A DNA stretch of 64,000 nt from a bacterium (GTDB lineage: Bacteria; UBA10199; 2-02-FULL-44-16; JAAZCA01), in the NCBI GenBank assembly GCA_963674695.2, contig CAXXGI010000001.1, forward strand, positions 96,001 through 160,000, read 5' to 3'. This document shows positions 10,876-19,599 of this stretch, one piece after another (positions within the stretch are counted from its first letter, which is position 1; each line of letters opens with the position of its first letter). The translations under genes and the position numbers were made by a program. Below the pieces are notes generated by a model. It searched no databases. It was not told where the DNA came from and saw only the letters and a program-made list of their open reading frames with translations.

Positions 10876-12413
10876 GCTTGTTTTCTCAATAGCGCGATCG
10901 TCTCCGACAATTCCCTCCCCCTCGCTTCAATCGCATTGAGAATCTCCGTGGGTGTGCGTTCATCGACCACGACCTTGCGGTTGGGGTTAACGGCCTTGAT
11001 GTCGTAGCCGCGCTCCTCTATTTCAGCGCGCGGGATCGTCCAGCTGCGGTCGCTGTCGGCGCGATCCGGCAGCAAGCGGAAGAACTCCTCGAAGTGGGCC
11101 AGCGTCAGAGGCGACTTCTTGCCCATCTTGATGTCCGAGAGGTCATAATACCAGATGCTCTCCGTCGGACCGCCGCGCGTGAAGAACAGGAGGTTGGTCT
11201 TGACCCCTGCACCAGCGTTGGTGAAGGCACCGCCTGGCAAGCTGACGATGCACCAGAGATCGCAATCATCGAGGAGCTTGCGCTTGGTCTGCACGAAGGC
11301 CGTCTCATTGGTGCGGAAAAGGACGCCCTCATCGAGCACCATGCCGCAGCGACCGCCCGGCTTGAGCGAATCGATAACGTGCTGGAGGAAGAGGACCTGC
11401 GTGGCGCCGGTTTTATAGGCAAAGCGGGTCCGTGCCTCCTTGCCCTCTTTTCCTCCGAATGGCGGGTTGGTCATGACAACGTCGAATAGGGCCGGCGCAT
11501 CCTTAAACAATCCACCATATATCTCATTGCCCGTCAGGGTGTTGCCGTGCCAAAGGTGCGGCTCGTCAATCCCATGTAAGACGAGATTGGCCAAGGCGAT
11601 GGGATAGATCAGGTTCTCTTTTTCACGCCCGTAAAGCGCCCTTCTCTTGAGAATATCGATCTGTTCCGCAGTCGAGCCGCTTCCGAGGCCATCCCTCATA
11701 TGGAGATATGCCTGGACCAGAAAGCCGCCAGTACCGCAGCACGGGTCATACACGATCTCACCCGGCTTGGGATCGACCGTGCGCACGATGGCCCTGATGA
11801 CCTCGCGCGGCGTGAAGAACTGACCGCCATCGTTGCCCTTCTCGCCCATCTTGAGCAGAAGCCCTTCATATACCTGTGAGAGTGGGAATACATGAGTGGG
11901 GTCGATGGCCTCGTCTGTAATGTCCTGCACCTTGTCGAGTACATCGAGCAGATTTCGTTCCGTGTCGATTCGCACGCGCTCAACACCGGAGAGAATCTCG
12001 CTGATAACCTTCTGCCTGGGGCCGGCGTTGGGCTTTTCTCGCAGACCGCGCAGATATGGAAGGAGCTCTCCGTTGACGAAGCTGAAAAAGGCCCCGAGCG
12101 CGCCATTTTGCAGTTCTACACGTTTGGCCCCACCCGGCGCGGCCCAATCCTGCCATCGATATGGCGTTTCAAGCGAAGGAGTGAAATCCGATCCAACCGC
12201 CTCGGCTTCCTCCGCCTCTCGCTGTTCCCGCTCGTCCAGGATTCGCAAGAACAGGAGCCACGTCAGTTCAGGAACGTATTGAAGGGCTCCGGCACAGTTC
12301 GAGCGCCGCATGATGTTGCAAATGGATTTTACAGCGGAATTGACCGAGCTCTGCGTGCCCAATCGACGCCCGTTGCCATTTCCATTTTCTTTCTTCTTTC
12401 GTCCTCGTGCCAT
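10872..12413 (-). CDS. hsdM: Type I R-M methyltransferase subunit
   Basis: GQFFTPR, YDPCCGTGGF (motif I), MTNPPF (motif IV) and GVKTNLLFF. Confidence 0.95.
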   Translation of the reverse strand: MARGRKKKENGNGNGRRLGTQSSVNSAVKSICNIMRRSNCAGALQYVPELTWLLFLRILDEREQREAEEAEAVGSDFTPSLETPYRWQDWAAPGGAKRVELQNGALGAFFSFVNGELLPYLRGLREKPNAGPRQKVISEILSGVERVRIDTERNLLDVLDKVQDITDEAIDPTHVFPLSQVYEGLLLKMGEKGNDGGQFFTPREVIRAIVRTVDPKPGEIVYDPCCGTGGFLVQAYLHMRDGLGSGSTAEQIDILKRRALYGREKENLIYPIALANLVLHGIDEPHLWHGNTLTGNEIYGGLFKDAPALFDVVMTNPPFGGKEGKEARTRFAYKTGATQVLFLQHVIDSLKPGGRCGMVLDEGVLFRTNETAFVQTKRKLLDDCDLWCIVSLPGGAFTNAGAGVKTNLLFFTRGGPTESIWYYDLSDIKMGKKSPLTLAHFEEFFRLLPDRADSDRSWTIPRAEIEERGYDIKAVNPNRKVVVDERTPTEILNAIEARGRELSETIALLRKQA

Positions 12414-12414
12414 A

Positions 12415-13632
12415 TTACAATTCTCCGTTAAACGCCCTGCGCAGCATTGCCGCGGGTAACGCGTTGATGTCTGTGAGCTGTTTTTCAAAATGCAATTGTG
12501 CTTGGTTCACTACTTCAAAATGTATTTTGATTTTTTTGGCTATTTGTTTTTGTATATGGATATCCGGCAATGGCAATCGTATCTTGCCAAGCAATGTTGC
12601 GTTAACATTGGGCTGCGCTCCTCCGCGTGAATGTAATCTTACCTGGCGCCAATAATCATCACTTTGAAAATACAAATAGACATAATCATAGTCCGCAAGC
12701 GCACTCACTCTTAAGCGAATTAAATATGACGCAAAGACAGCACGCGGCGGATTCTTGATAAGATAACTTTTCCCCGTCGTCCCACCAGTTCTGGCGAAAA
12801 CTATATCTCCATGACACAAAGTATTCGCCGCTTCATCATCAGGCGATATTTGACAACCTGGCACAGTATGCCAATTTACCTCGCCGCATTGAATGTCTGT
12901 TATTCGCAATAACTTGGGCTCATGAATAGTGAAGTTCGCACTGGCAGTATAACCATAATCAAGGCTCTCGCATATTTCTCTTAAGGTCACACATCGCCAT
13001 CCTTCTGGCAAAGGACTTTCGGTATTTGGGAGTATCTCGCGCAGGAAGGAGGCAGGGAGCGCCTTCGCGGCCTCAAGCTGCGCCTCAACTGCTGCCCGTG
13101 CCTTCTCCACCGCCGCCATCTGCTCATTCAAAATTGCCGCGATACGCTTTTGTTCCTGTAATGGCGGAAAAGGGAAATTTAGGTTCTTAATATCGTTTAT
13201 TGATACATTGTTGACGATAGCATGTTTGCCCATTGCAGAGATACGTTCAAGAGAGATGGAAAGCCAATGCCGAAGCCACTTGGTTTCAATTTTACTTGAG
13301 CTGATCTTTATGATCCGCTGATTGAGTAATGCTGTTGGCCCATCCCACTCCGCCACTTTGAAACTACCTGATAAACTCAAGAGTAAATCACCTGTATTGA
13401 CCACAAATCGAGCATCATATTCTTTCGTCCAATATACGAACGTCGATCTGCTGTTTTCATCCAAATTTTGAATCCTGATAATAGGAATACCGGGCGGCGT
13501 TTTTTCAAAACCCTCTGATGGCCAAGCAAAGCCGGACAAGACCTCACACACGTCCCGCAACTTCACCCACCGCCAGCCGGGGGGCAGCTGCTTCTTCTCC
13601 ACTTCCTTTTTTTTCGGCTGCTCTCTCGTCAT
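12415..13632 (-). CDS. hsdS: Type I R-M specificity subunit
   Basis: Two TRDs with repeated LP(P/E)GWR..LR..C and PPLQEQKRIA / LPDIHIQKQIA spacers. Ends in AFNGEL. Confidence 0.95.
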   Translation of the reverse strand: MTREQPKKKEVEKKQLPPGWRWVKLRDVCEVLSGFAWPSEGFEKTPPGIPIIRIQNLDENSRSTFVYWTKEYDARFVVNTGDLLLSLSGSFKVAEWDGPTALLNQRIIKISSSKIETKWLRHWLSISLERISAMGKHAIVNNVSINDIKNLNFPFPPLQEQKRIAAILNEQMAAVEKARAAVEAQLEAAKALPASFLREILPNTESPLPEGWRCVTLREICESLDYGYTASANFTIHEPKLLRITDIQCGEVNWHTVPGCQISPDDEAANTLCHGDIVFARTGGTTGKSYLIKNPPRAVFASYLIRLRVSALADYDYVYLYFQSDDYWRQVRLHSRGGAQPNVNATLLGKIRLPLPDIHIQKQIAKKIKIHFEVVNQAQLHFEKQLTDINALPAAMLRRAFNGEL

Positions 13633-15968
13633 GCCGCAAACATCCTTTTCTTCGTTTCAAGGAGAACCTCGACCGGCTTCCCTAATGCACGGAGAGCCCC
13701 TAACCCGCCTGCCCGAATAACATCGGGCGTCTGAAAGACGTTAGGATTTTCCAAACCTTCGGTTCCTGCGATGGCAAACTGCGATGCCAAAGCGCGGATG
13801 GCGGTTGACGTGCTTTCTGGCATCCCCTGGAGCCAATGCGTGTGCTTGTAGGTGAACGAATCGGCGCGCTCCAAACGTGTCTTGGGTGCGAGCCCATAGC
13901 CGATCTCGGCCAGGACATCGTAAAGATCAAAATCGCTCATATCCTCGACCTCACGGACAAAGAGCGCAGACCTCCCGGCATCCGGGAGCTGATTCAGGAG
14001 GTCACGGCGGTCCCGCTGGACGATCCAGCGTGCGCGGAACTCCTCTATCGTCGGCACCTCCTTCACGAGGCGCTGTGCCAGGAGCTCCTTGTATTCTTCT
14101 ATGGTGACGGGCGCTGCCTTCCCGTCCACCTCCGTGACGATATATCGGCCAGCGTCTGTAACGCAGACCTCGAAGCCCTGCACGAGGACTGTGCGCTCCG
14201 GTGCCTGCGGTTCGCCGCCTTCTCCGCCTGATCTCGGCGTTGTAGTAACAAAATCCTCACCAAAGAGCCGCGTCGCGTTGGTGTAATCATAGACGCGGAA
14301 CATCAGCTTTGAATCCGGCGCATAGAGGCGTGTGCCCCTGCCGACCATCTGATAGAAGGCAATCGGTGAGCGGACGTATTTGAAGAAAACGATATTTCGG
14401 ACGCAGGGCACATCGACACCGGTTGAAAGAAGATCAACCGTCGTGGCCACATAGTATCGTCGTGAAGCACCACGGAGATCGGCGAGATAATCGCTGCCGC
14501 CTGACGCGGCCGTGCACTTGAAGGCATACTGTTCCGCCCGCTGCCGACCGTTCTTCGCACACCATTCCGCGTAGAGGTTGTTCATCACCGCCGCAACATC
14601 GTCGGCATGGCGGTCACGCACGCAGAATATAATCGTTTTCTGCTCCGCCTGCCCCGTCTCGACGAATTGATCGAAGAGGTCCTTGCACATGGCATGGACG
14701 CGGTCCGGAAGGAGGATGCGGTTTTCATAATCGGTCTTTTCGTATATCTCCCGCAGCTCGTCCGCGCTGATGGGCTGACCGGTGTTGGCGTCGATAGGAT
14801 TCTTGGCAATGATGTCATCGATTGTAATGCCCGTATCGTCTATATTGACCCGCCCTTTGCGAATCTCACAGGCAGCGAGATAGCCGTCCTCAATCCCTTG
14901 CGCCATCTCGTATTCATAGACCGGCTCACCGAACCATTTGTAGTTATCGGCCGTGACCTGCGCATCGGCGCGGGCTTCCTGGCTGTCCTCGCGGATTGCG
15001 AGTCGACGAGGCGTTGCGGTAAGTCCGACCTGCACGGCATCAGGATTCCGGGTAAGGACCTGCGACCATTTGCCCCAGGCCGAGCGATGGCACTCGTCGA
15101 TGATGATATGGCTAAAATAATTTTCAGGGTAGTTGGACAGCAGGAAGTTGGCATCGGCCTCATCGCGATCCACCTGGAGGGTCTGGTAGGTTGCGACGAG
15201 GATGCGGGCGTTCTTCTGGGGGTTGCCGCTCGATACCGCGGCCGCATCGGAGCCAAAGACGTTCTGAAATGCCGCCAGACCCTGCGAGCGCAGTTCATCG
15301 CGGTCGCAGACGAAAAGGGCGCGTCGCAGCTGGCCCGCGTCGGCGATACGCTTGAGCAGATTCACCGCTATGAAAGTTTTGCCTGAACCGGTGGCAAGGG
15401 AGAGCAGGGCCCGTTTCTCGCCCGTGGCGATCTTTTCGAGAACGGCCCTGATGGCGGCGTCCTGATAGTAACGGCGCGTCGCCTCACCACCGCTATACCG
15501 GGCAAGGAGCGGCCGCGCCGGTTCGCTTGCAAGCGAAAACCCCATCCCCTCCTCGTAGCGCTGGCGCAGCTCTTCCGGCGTGGGGAAGGCGGTCAGCTGG
15601 CGAGGTTCGGAGGTCTTGCCGCTGAAACGGTCGAACTCGACGAAGAGGTGGCCGTTGCTGGAAAAAACGAACGGCACATTCAGGCGCTTGCAGGTGGCAT
15701 AGAGCTTGACCTGTTCAAGACCATGATTCGGCGGCAGGTGTTCGGCTTTGGCTTCGATGAGGGCGAGGGCGACAGGTTGGGTATCGCGTGTGATTTTGAT
15801 GCGAAGGACGTAGTCCACTCGACCCTTGGGGCGCCGGCGGGGGCGTCCTTCGGCGATTTCAACGGCGCCTGCGGTTTCTTCCCTCCTGATGAGCTCTTCG
15901 GTCCATCCACGACGATGAATTGCAGGATCGATCAGCTTTGCCCTGGTGTCGGCTTCACCATAGCCCAT
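13629..15968 (-). CDS. hsdR: Type I R-M restriction subunit (EcoAI/EcoEI-like)
   Basis: EADTRAKLID, D-x-IEAK nuclease motif, ATGSGKT, DECHRS, LTATP, TGVDVP and QMVGRGTRL. Confidence 0.93.
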   Translation of the reverse strand: MGYGEADTRAKLIDPAIHRRGWTEELIRREETAGAVEIAEGRPRRRPKGRVDYVLRIKITRDTQPVALALIEAKAEHLPPNHGLEQVKLYATCKRLNVPFVFSSNGHLFVEFDRFSGKTSEPRQLTAFPTPEELRQRYEEGMGFSLASEPARPLLARYSGGEATRRYYQDAAIRAVLEKIATGEKRALLSLATGSGKTFIAVNLLKRIADAGQLRRALFVCDRDELRSQGLAAFQNVFGSDAAAVSSGNPQKNARILVATYQTLQVDRDEADANFLLSNYPENYFSHIIIDECHRSAWGKWSQVLTRNPDAVQVGLTATPRRLAIREDSQEARADAQVTADNYKWFGEPVYEYEMAQGIEDGYLAACEIRKGRVNIDDTGITIDDIIAKNPIDANTGQPISADELREIYEKTDYENRILLPDRVHAMCKDLFDQFVETGQAEQKTIIFCVRDRHADDVAAVMNNLYAEWCAKNGRQRAEQYAFKCTAASGGSDYLADLRGASRRYYVATTVDLLSTGVDVPCVRNIVFFKYVRSPIAFYQMVGRGTRLYAPDSKLMFRVYDYTNATRLFGEDFVTTTPRSGGEGGEPQAPERTVLVQGFEVCVTDAGRYIVTEVDGKAAPVTIEEYKELLAQRLVKEVPTIEEFRARWIVQRDRRDLLNQLPDAGRSALFVREVEDMSDFDLYDVLAEIGYGLAPKTRLERADSFTYKHTHWLQGMPESTSTAIRALASQFAIAGTEGLENPNVFQTPDVIRAGGLGALRALGKPVEVLLETKKRMFAA

Positions 15969-16021
15969 TCATGCCCCCTTGAAATACTCGACGGGGACAT
16001 TATGCCAAAAGGCAATTAATA

Positions 16022-16306
16022 TCAAGGATTTCCACTTGCCCGATAATCCTCAACAATCACCTTAAACTCGTTCTCTCCCTCGGCCTTTACTTCCATGTTC
16101 CGGAGATCGGCCATGACCTTGCGCAGTAGGGCAACCGCCGCGTCTTTTCTCTCGCTGATTGTTGCACCCTCGATCTGGCCATCTGCGAGGGCTTGAAGAA
16201 ATGCGATGCAGCCGACGGCGTTGATCTTCTTTCGAAGCGCTTGGGTCAGGAGATTAGTCGAGCCCTTCTTCCTTCCTGAACCTTCTCTGTATCCGCCTCG
16301 CGCCAT
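16022..16306 (-). CDS. Terminase small subunit-like protein
   Basis: N-terminal MARGGYREGSGRKKGSTN is typical of TerS-like DNA-packaging proteins. GGAGG RBS. Sits at the element end. Confidence 0.6.
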   Translation of the reverse strand: MARGGYREGSGRKKGSTNLLTQALRKKINAVGCIAFLQALADGQIEGATISERKDAAVALLRKVMADLRNMEVKAEGENEFKVIVEDYRASGNP

Positions 16307-16349
16307 AGAACCTCCGAATGATTTAATGGTATTTTTTCAATACGATTCT

Positions 16350-16371
16350 TGGGTCCAATTTTGGGTCCAAT
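16350..16371. repeat. Putative integrase arm-type sites (right)
   Basis: TGGGTCCAATT-TTGGGTCCAAT, matching 5305-5326. Confidence 0.7.
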
Positions 16372-16501
16372 CGACTCAAAAACTGCCGTGAATTACCGTT
16401 TCTCCTCCGACACCGGAATCCGACATAGGTTATTGGTATCCTTCACAAACACTCGTTTTTACTGCCTCCCCCGCAAACGCCGTTTTTATGCGGGTTTCCC
16501 G

Positions 16502-16527
16502 CTCATAACCGGGTGGTCCCAGGTTCG
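16502..16527 (+). repeat. Right att site (26-bp tRNA-derived core)
   Basis: Identical to 5215-5240 and stops within the T-loop. Confidence 0.9.
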
Positions 16528-16533
16528 GGATCT

Positions 16534-16771
16534 ATCCGCCCCCTTGCTGCCCTCCCATCGCCGCTCATCGTGGAACGAACCGTTTTGGCCTGCGAAGGGC
16601 CGCTGGTTGAGATCGGAGATCTCAATTCCGAGTGATGTCTGAACCCGCCATCATCTCATGCGCTCTTCTTCCTTCGGCGGGTGAGTTCACGAGGAAAGGC
16701 GGGTCGAGACAGAGCCAAAACGTGTGAGTGGAACGGAAGAGCTGCGGTGGTAGGGCAGCAAGGGGGCGGAT
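16534..16771 (+). repeat. Structured ~238-bp repeat, copy 1 (MITE-like or ncRNA)
   Basis: Perfect 20-bp terminal inverted repeat ATCCGCCCCCTTGCTGCCCT with nested internal stems. Homologous to 17811-18047 and 19432-19538. Confidence 0.85.
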
Positions 16772-16795
16772 GCTCTGCACTGCAGCCTTAGCATC

Positions 16796-16853
16796 GGGAT
16801 CCTTTCCGCCAAAGGCGGACCCGCCTCTGGCGGGCGCGTTTCTTCGCTCGAGG
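16796..16853. repeat. 58-bp palindromic module, copy 1
   Basis: GGGATCCTTTCCGCCAAAGGCGGACCCGCCTCTGGCGGGCGCGTTTCTTCGCTCGAGG, identical at 18128-18185. Confidence 0.85.
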
Positions 16854-16888
16854 GCGATGGCCTTTGCGAATACGCCATCGATTCACCG

Positions 16889-17290
16889 TCACGCGGAACG
16901 TTGAAGATCCGCTTCCATGCCTTCGAGCTCTTGCAACAAAAACCGCTGCGTCTCCTCGCTCATCGACCCGGATTTCTTCACCCGATTTCTCGCTCGCCGT
17001 ATGTGCGAAAGGAGATCGCGTTCGAGGGCATCCCGCTCCTGCGTATCCCCGAGGAGGCGCTCGATCGGAACGCGGATAACCGGCGAGAGCTTCCGCGCTA
17101 TGCGCGCACCGATCGGCCGGCGTCCATGGATGATATCGCTGAGCGCCTGCTCGCTGATACCCGCACGACGCGCCACCTCGCGTTGTTTGAGCTCCATCAC
17201 CTCACACCCGATCCGCACATATTCCGCCGGCGTGAGATTCGCCGGCTGCGCAACTCGATAGTTCTTCTTTCCTTCCCCTGAAGAGAGCAT
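16889..17290 (-). CDS. higA: HigA-like antitoxin (XRE HTH)
   Basis: TPAEYVR...QREVARRAGISEQALSDIIHGRRPIG...ARKL. Lies downstream of the toxin gene. Confidence 0.75.
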   Translation of the reverse strand: MLSSGEGKKNYRVAQPANLTPAEYVRIGCEVMELKQREVARRAGISEQALSDIIHGRRPIGARIARKLSPVIRVPIERLLGDTQERDALERDLLSHIRRARNRVKKSGSMSEETQRFLLQELEGMEADLQRSA

Positions 17291-17300
17291 AGCAAACTCC

Positions 17301-17579
17301 TTAATATTGATGTGGTGTGATCTCCTCGACAATGACCGTAACAATCGATTGCTCCACCCGATAGATCACACGCCATTGAAGCGAGAGTCGCGACGCACGG
17401 TACCCATACCATTTCCCCGAAAGGGCTTTGTCCCGAAATCCGGGACGATGACAGAGCTCATGCGGACCAGAGTCCAAGAGCACGTTTTTCCAGAAATCAT
17501 ATTTCTCCCGAACCTGCTTGGGGGCACGAGCCAAACGCTTCATCGCCCCCGTCTCTTCCAGCACCGTCCATTTATTCAT
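17301..17579 (-). CDS. higB: HigB/RelE-superfamily mRNA interferase toxin
   Basis: 92 aa with DKALSGKWYGYRASRLSLQWRVIY and C-terminal ITPHQY. Toxin-first gene order. Confidence 0.8.
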   Translation of the reverse strand: MNKWTVLEETGAMKRLARAPKQVREKYDFWKNVLLDSGPHELCHRPGFRDKALSGKWYGYRASRLSLQWRVIYRVEQSIVTVIVEEITPHQY

Positions 17580-17751
17580 GAACGCTCCCTCTATTGTAGC
17601 ACTACTCATTTTTAGGAAACAAGCACTTAGTACACATTTATGGGAAGTACCGCCCGCCGCCGCCATTTGCTGCAGATGCTGCAAAACGCAGCAGCAACGC
17701 ACCGCTAACCCATTGTTTTTAAGAGATCGGCACAGATTGCCTTCTTCAAAC

Positions 17752-17767
17752 AGCAAGTGTCGTGCCA
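17752..17767 (-). promoter_or_regulatory. Putative sigma-54 promoter
   Basis: Minus strand reads TGGCAC-GACAC-TTGCT (perfect consensus), ~170 bp upstream of higB. Confidence 0.55.
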
Positions 17768-17810
17768 AGAAAGGATTCAAAACCATCTGACGCCTTCCAC
17801 CCCCCGTAGA

Positions 17811-18047
17811 ATCCGCCCCGTCGATGGCCTCCCATCGCCGCTCATCGTGGAACGAGCCGTTTTGGCCTGCGAAGGGCCGCTGGTTGAGACCGGAGGTCTC
17901 AATTCCGAGTGATGTCTGAACCCGCCATCATCTGATGCGTTTTTCTTCCGACGGCGGGTGCGTTCACGAGGAAAGGCGGATCGAGACAGAGCCAAAACGT
18001 GTGAGTGGAACGTTGAGCTGCGATGGGAGGGCAGCAAGGGGGCGGAT
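17811..18047 (+). repeat. Structured ~237-bp repeat, copy 2
   Basis: Colinear with copy 1. Left TIR partly degenerate, right TIR intact. Confidence 0.85.
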
Positions 18048-18058
18048 GCTCTCTGGGC

Positions 18059-18191
18059 TGGATCCCCGATAACCCCATTCGGGGATGACAGTGCGGGGGC
18101 GCCCTGGGATGACAATATGAAACACGAGGGATCCTTTCCGCCAAAGGCGGACCCGCCTCTGGCGGGCGCGTTTCTTCGCTCGAGGATGACA
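18059..18191. repeat. REP-like GGATGACA units and 58-bp module, copy 2
   Basis: Three ...GGATGACA ends. 18128-18185 is identical to 16796-16853. Confidence 0.75.
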
Positions 18192-18526
18192 ATCAGGGGC
18201 GGGCGAGCGGGGATATGACAAACGAAGAACATGTCAGAAAAGACGATCACTTTTTCTGACGACGATCCGCTTATCATCATTTTTGCAAAGCATAAGCGTT
18301 AACAATTTCAATGCTTTATGGAATTCCTGGCCCTATCATCACCCTTGCAGACACAACGCTTTGGCCGAATCCTGATGTCGAAAAGTGGTCATAGGCGACC
18401 ATCACAAAGGCCGTTTGTGGTGGTCTGATTTTACCACTTTTGCGCATCAACTTAGCGGAGGGTAATGTTCGGGCGGGCAAGAGGGAGAGAAAGCGCTTCT
18501 TTCAGATATCATCATTCGCTTTAACT

Positions 18527-19126
18527 TTATTGGCGCCCAAAACGCCGCGCGTAGAGGGAAAACGCGCCGACGTTGATGATGATAAGAATGAGGAGCGTTC
18601 CGCTCACCGTCAACGGAAACCGATAGCGAAAGAGGGTCTGGGCGATCACGCCCCCTTCCGTCTCAGCGACGAGTTTCGTCCCGACAAAGGGCGAGAGGTT
18701 GAGCCCCAAGGATAAACTATGCTCTTTTCCCGCGACCAGGTGATCGGGGGGATATTTGGAGACGTCGACCGTAACGAGATTTAAAAAGAAGAGGAAGAGC
18801 AGGAACGCGATGTTGAAGAGGAAGGCGTTGCGCGCCGCACGGCGTACGATGAGTTCTTCGCGTTCGTCGCGTTCTTTCACGAACGCGATCCGCTTCAAGA
18901 GCTGCTCCCGAAATCGAGACGAGAACACGAGACAGACGACCGTGTAGAGCGCCGTGGCAATCCAGAACGCGAAGAGGTATCCGGAAAGCGCGTTGCCCCA
19001 CTCCAGAAGCGGTGAGCCGACGGCGCTTTCAGTCGCAGCAATCTGTGGCCAGATCATGAACGCCACGAGAATGACCGGAAGGGCGATAATAAAATAGGAC
19101 ATGACGATGCGATTGAGCGTCTTCAT
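18527..19126 (-). CDS. Membrane protein (DUF2178-like DERE motif)
   Basis: Four hydrophobic segments and ERDEREELI. Overlaps the stop of the upstream HTH gene. Confidence 0.75.
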   Translation of the reverse strand: MKTLNRIVMSYFIIALPVILVAFMIWPQIAATESAVGSPLLEWGNALSGYLFAFWIATALYTVVCLVFSSRFREQLLKRIAFVKERDEREELIVRRAARNAFLFNIAFLLFLFFLNLVTVDVSKYPPDHLVAGKEHSLSLGLNLSPFVGTKLVAETEGGVIAQTLFRYRFPLTVSGTLLILIIINVGAFSLYARRFGRQ

Positions 19127-19335
19127 TTCGATTCCTCCATGGTGAAGATCTCTTCGATCCCCACGTTGAAAAAATGGGCCAGCTTGAACGCGAGTTCGAG
19201 CGACGGATTGTAGTTCCCCTTCTCGATGGCGATGATCGTCGCCCGCGTCACGCCGACGGCCTCGGCCAGTTTCTCCTGCGTCATCCGCTTCTCGGCACGC
19301 AGGACGTGCAATCGACTCATAATGACGTTCTTCAT
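19123..19335 (-). CDS. XRE-family transcriptional regulator
   Basis: MTQEKLAEAVGVTRATIIAIEKGNYNPSLELAFKLA. Confidence 0.92.
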   Translation of the reverse strand: MKNVIMSRLHVLRAEKRMTQEKLAEAVGVTRATIIAIEKGNYNPSLELAFKLAHFFNVGIEEIFTMEESK

Positions 19336-19376
19336 ATTCCACTCCTCTGTCGCGAAGATGTCATGCGAACTGCGCA

Positions 19377-19406
19377 CTTTGTATAGTTGGCTATACTTTT
19401 TGTCAA
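19377..19406 (-). promoter_or_regulatory. Sigma-70-like promoter with palindromic operator
   Basis: Minus strand TTGACA-N17-TACAAA. Palindrome GTATAG-TTGG-CTATAC (19381-19396) lies in the spacer. Confidence 0.55.
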
Positions 19407-19431
19407 ATACTATTTTCTTTTATTTCGTTCA

Positions 19432-19538
19432 GTTGAGATCGAAGACTCAATTCCGAATGCTGTCTGAACCCGCCAGAATATAGTGCGTTCTTCTTCCGCC
19501 GGTGGGGGAGTTCGCGAGGAAAGGCGAGTCGAGGCAGA
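19432..19538 (+). repeat. Structured repeat, partial copy 3 (core only)
   Basis: GTTGAGATCGAAGACTCAATTCCGA..TGTCTGAACCCGCCA...GAGTTCGCGAGGAAAGGCGAGTCGAGGCAGA aligns to the core of copies 1 and 2. Confidence 0.75.
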
Positions 19539-19599
19539 TGAAGCGCCTCGCCGCATCACAATCGTGTTTCGCTTACGGTTTTATTTTGAAGTGATTCAA

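Larger units (their letters stand above)
5215..16527. mobile_element. Integrative phage-satellite-like element (~11.3 kb) carrying a type I R-M system
   Basis: Perfect 26-bp direct repeat CTCATAACCGGGTGGTCCCAGGTTCG at 5215-5240 and 16502-16527. Encloses integrase, xis, HTH genes and a TerS-like gene. Confidence 0.9.

Noticed and set aside
9238-13632. Invertase-driven hsdS shufflon
   Set aside because: Only one hsdS is present. I saw no silent TRD copies or flanking inverted repeats.
5215-16527. Complete prophage or ICE
   Set aside because: No capsid, portal, tail, lysis, relaxase or T4SS genes.
16534-19538. Classical integron attC array
   Set aside because: No RYYYAAC/GTTRRRY ends, units longer than typical attC sites, and the nearby integrase is phage-type rather than IntI.
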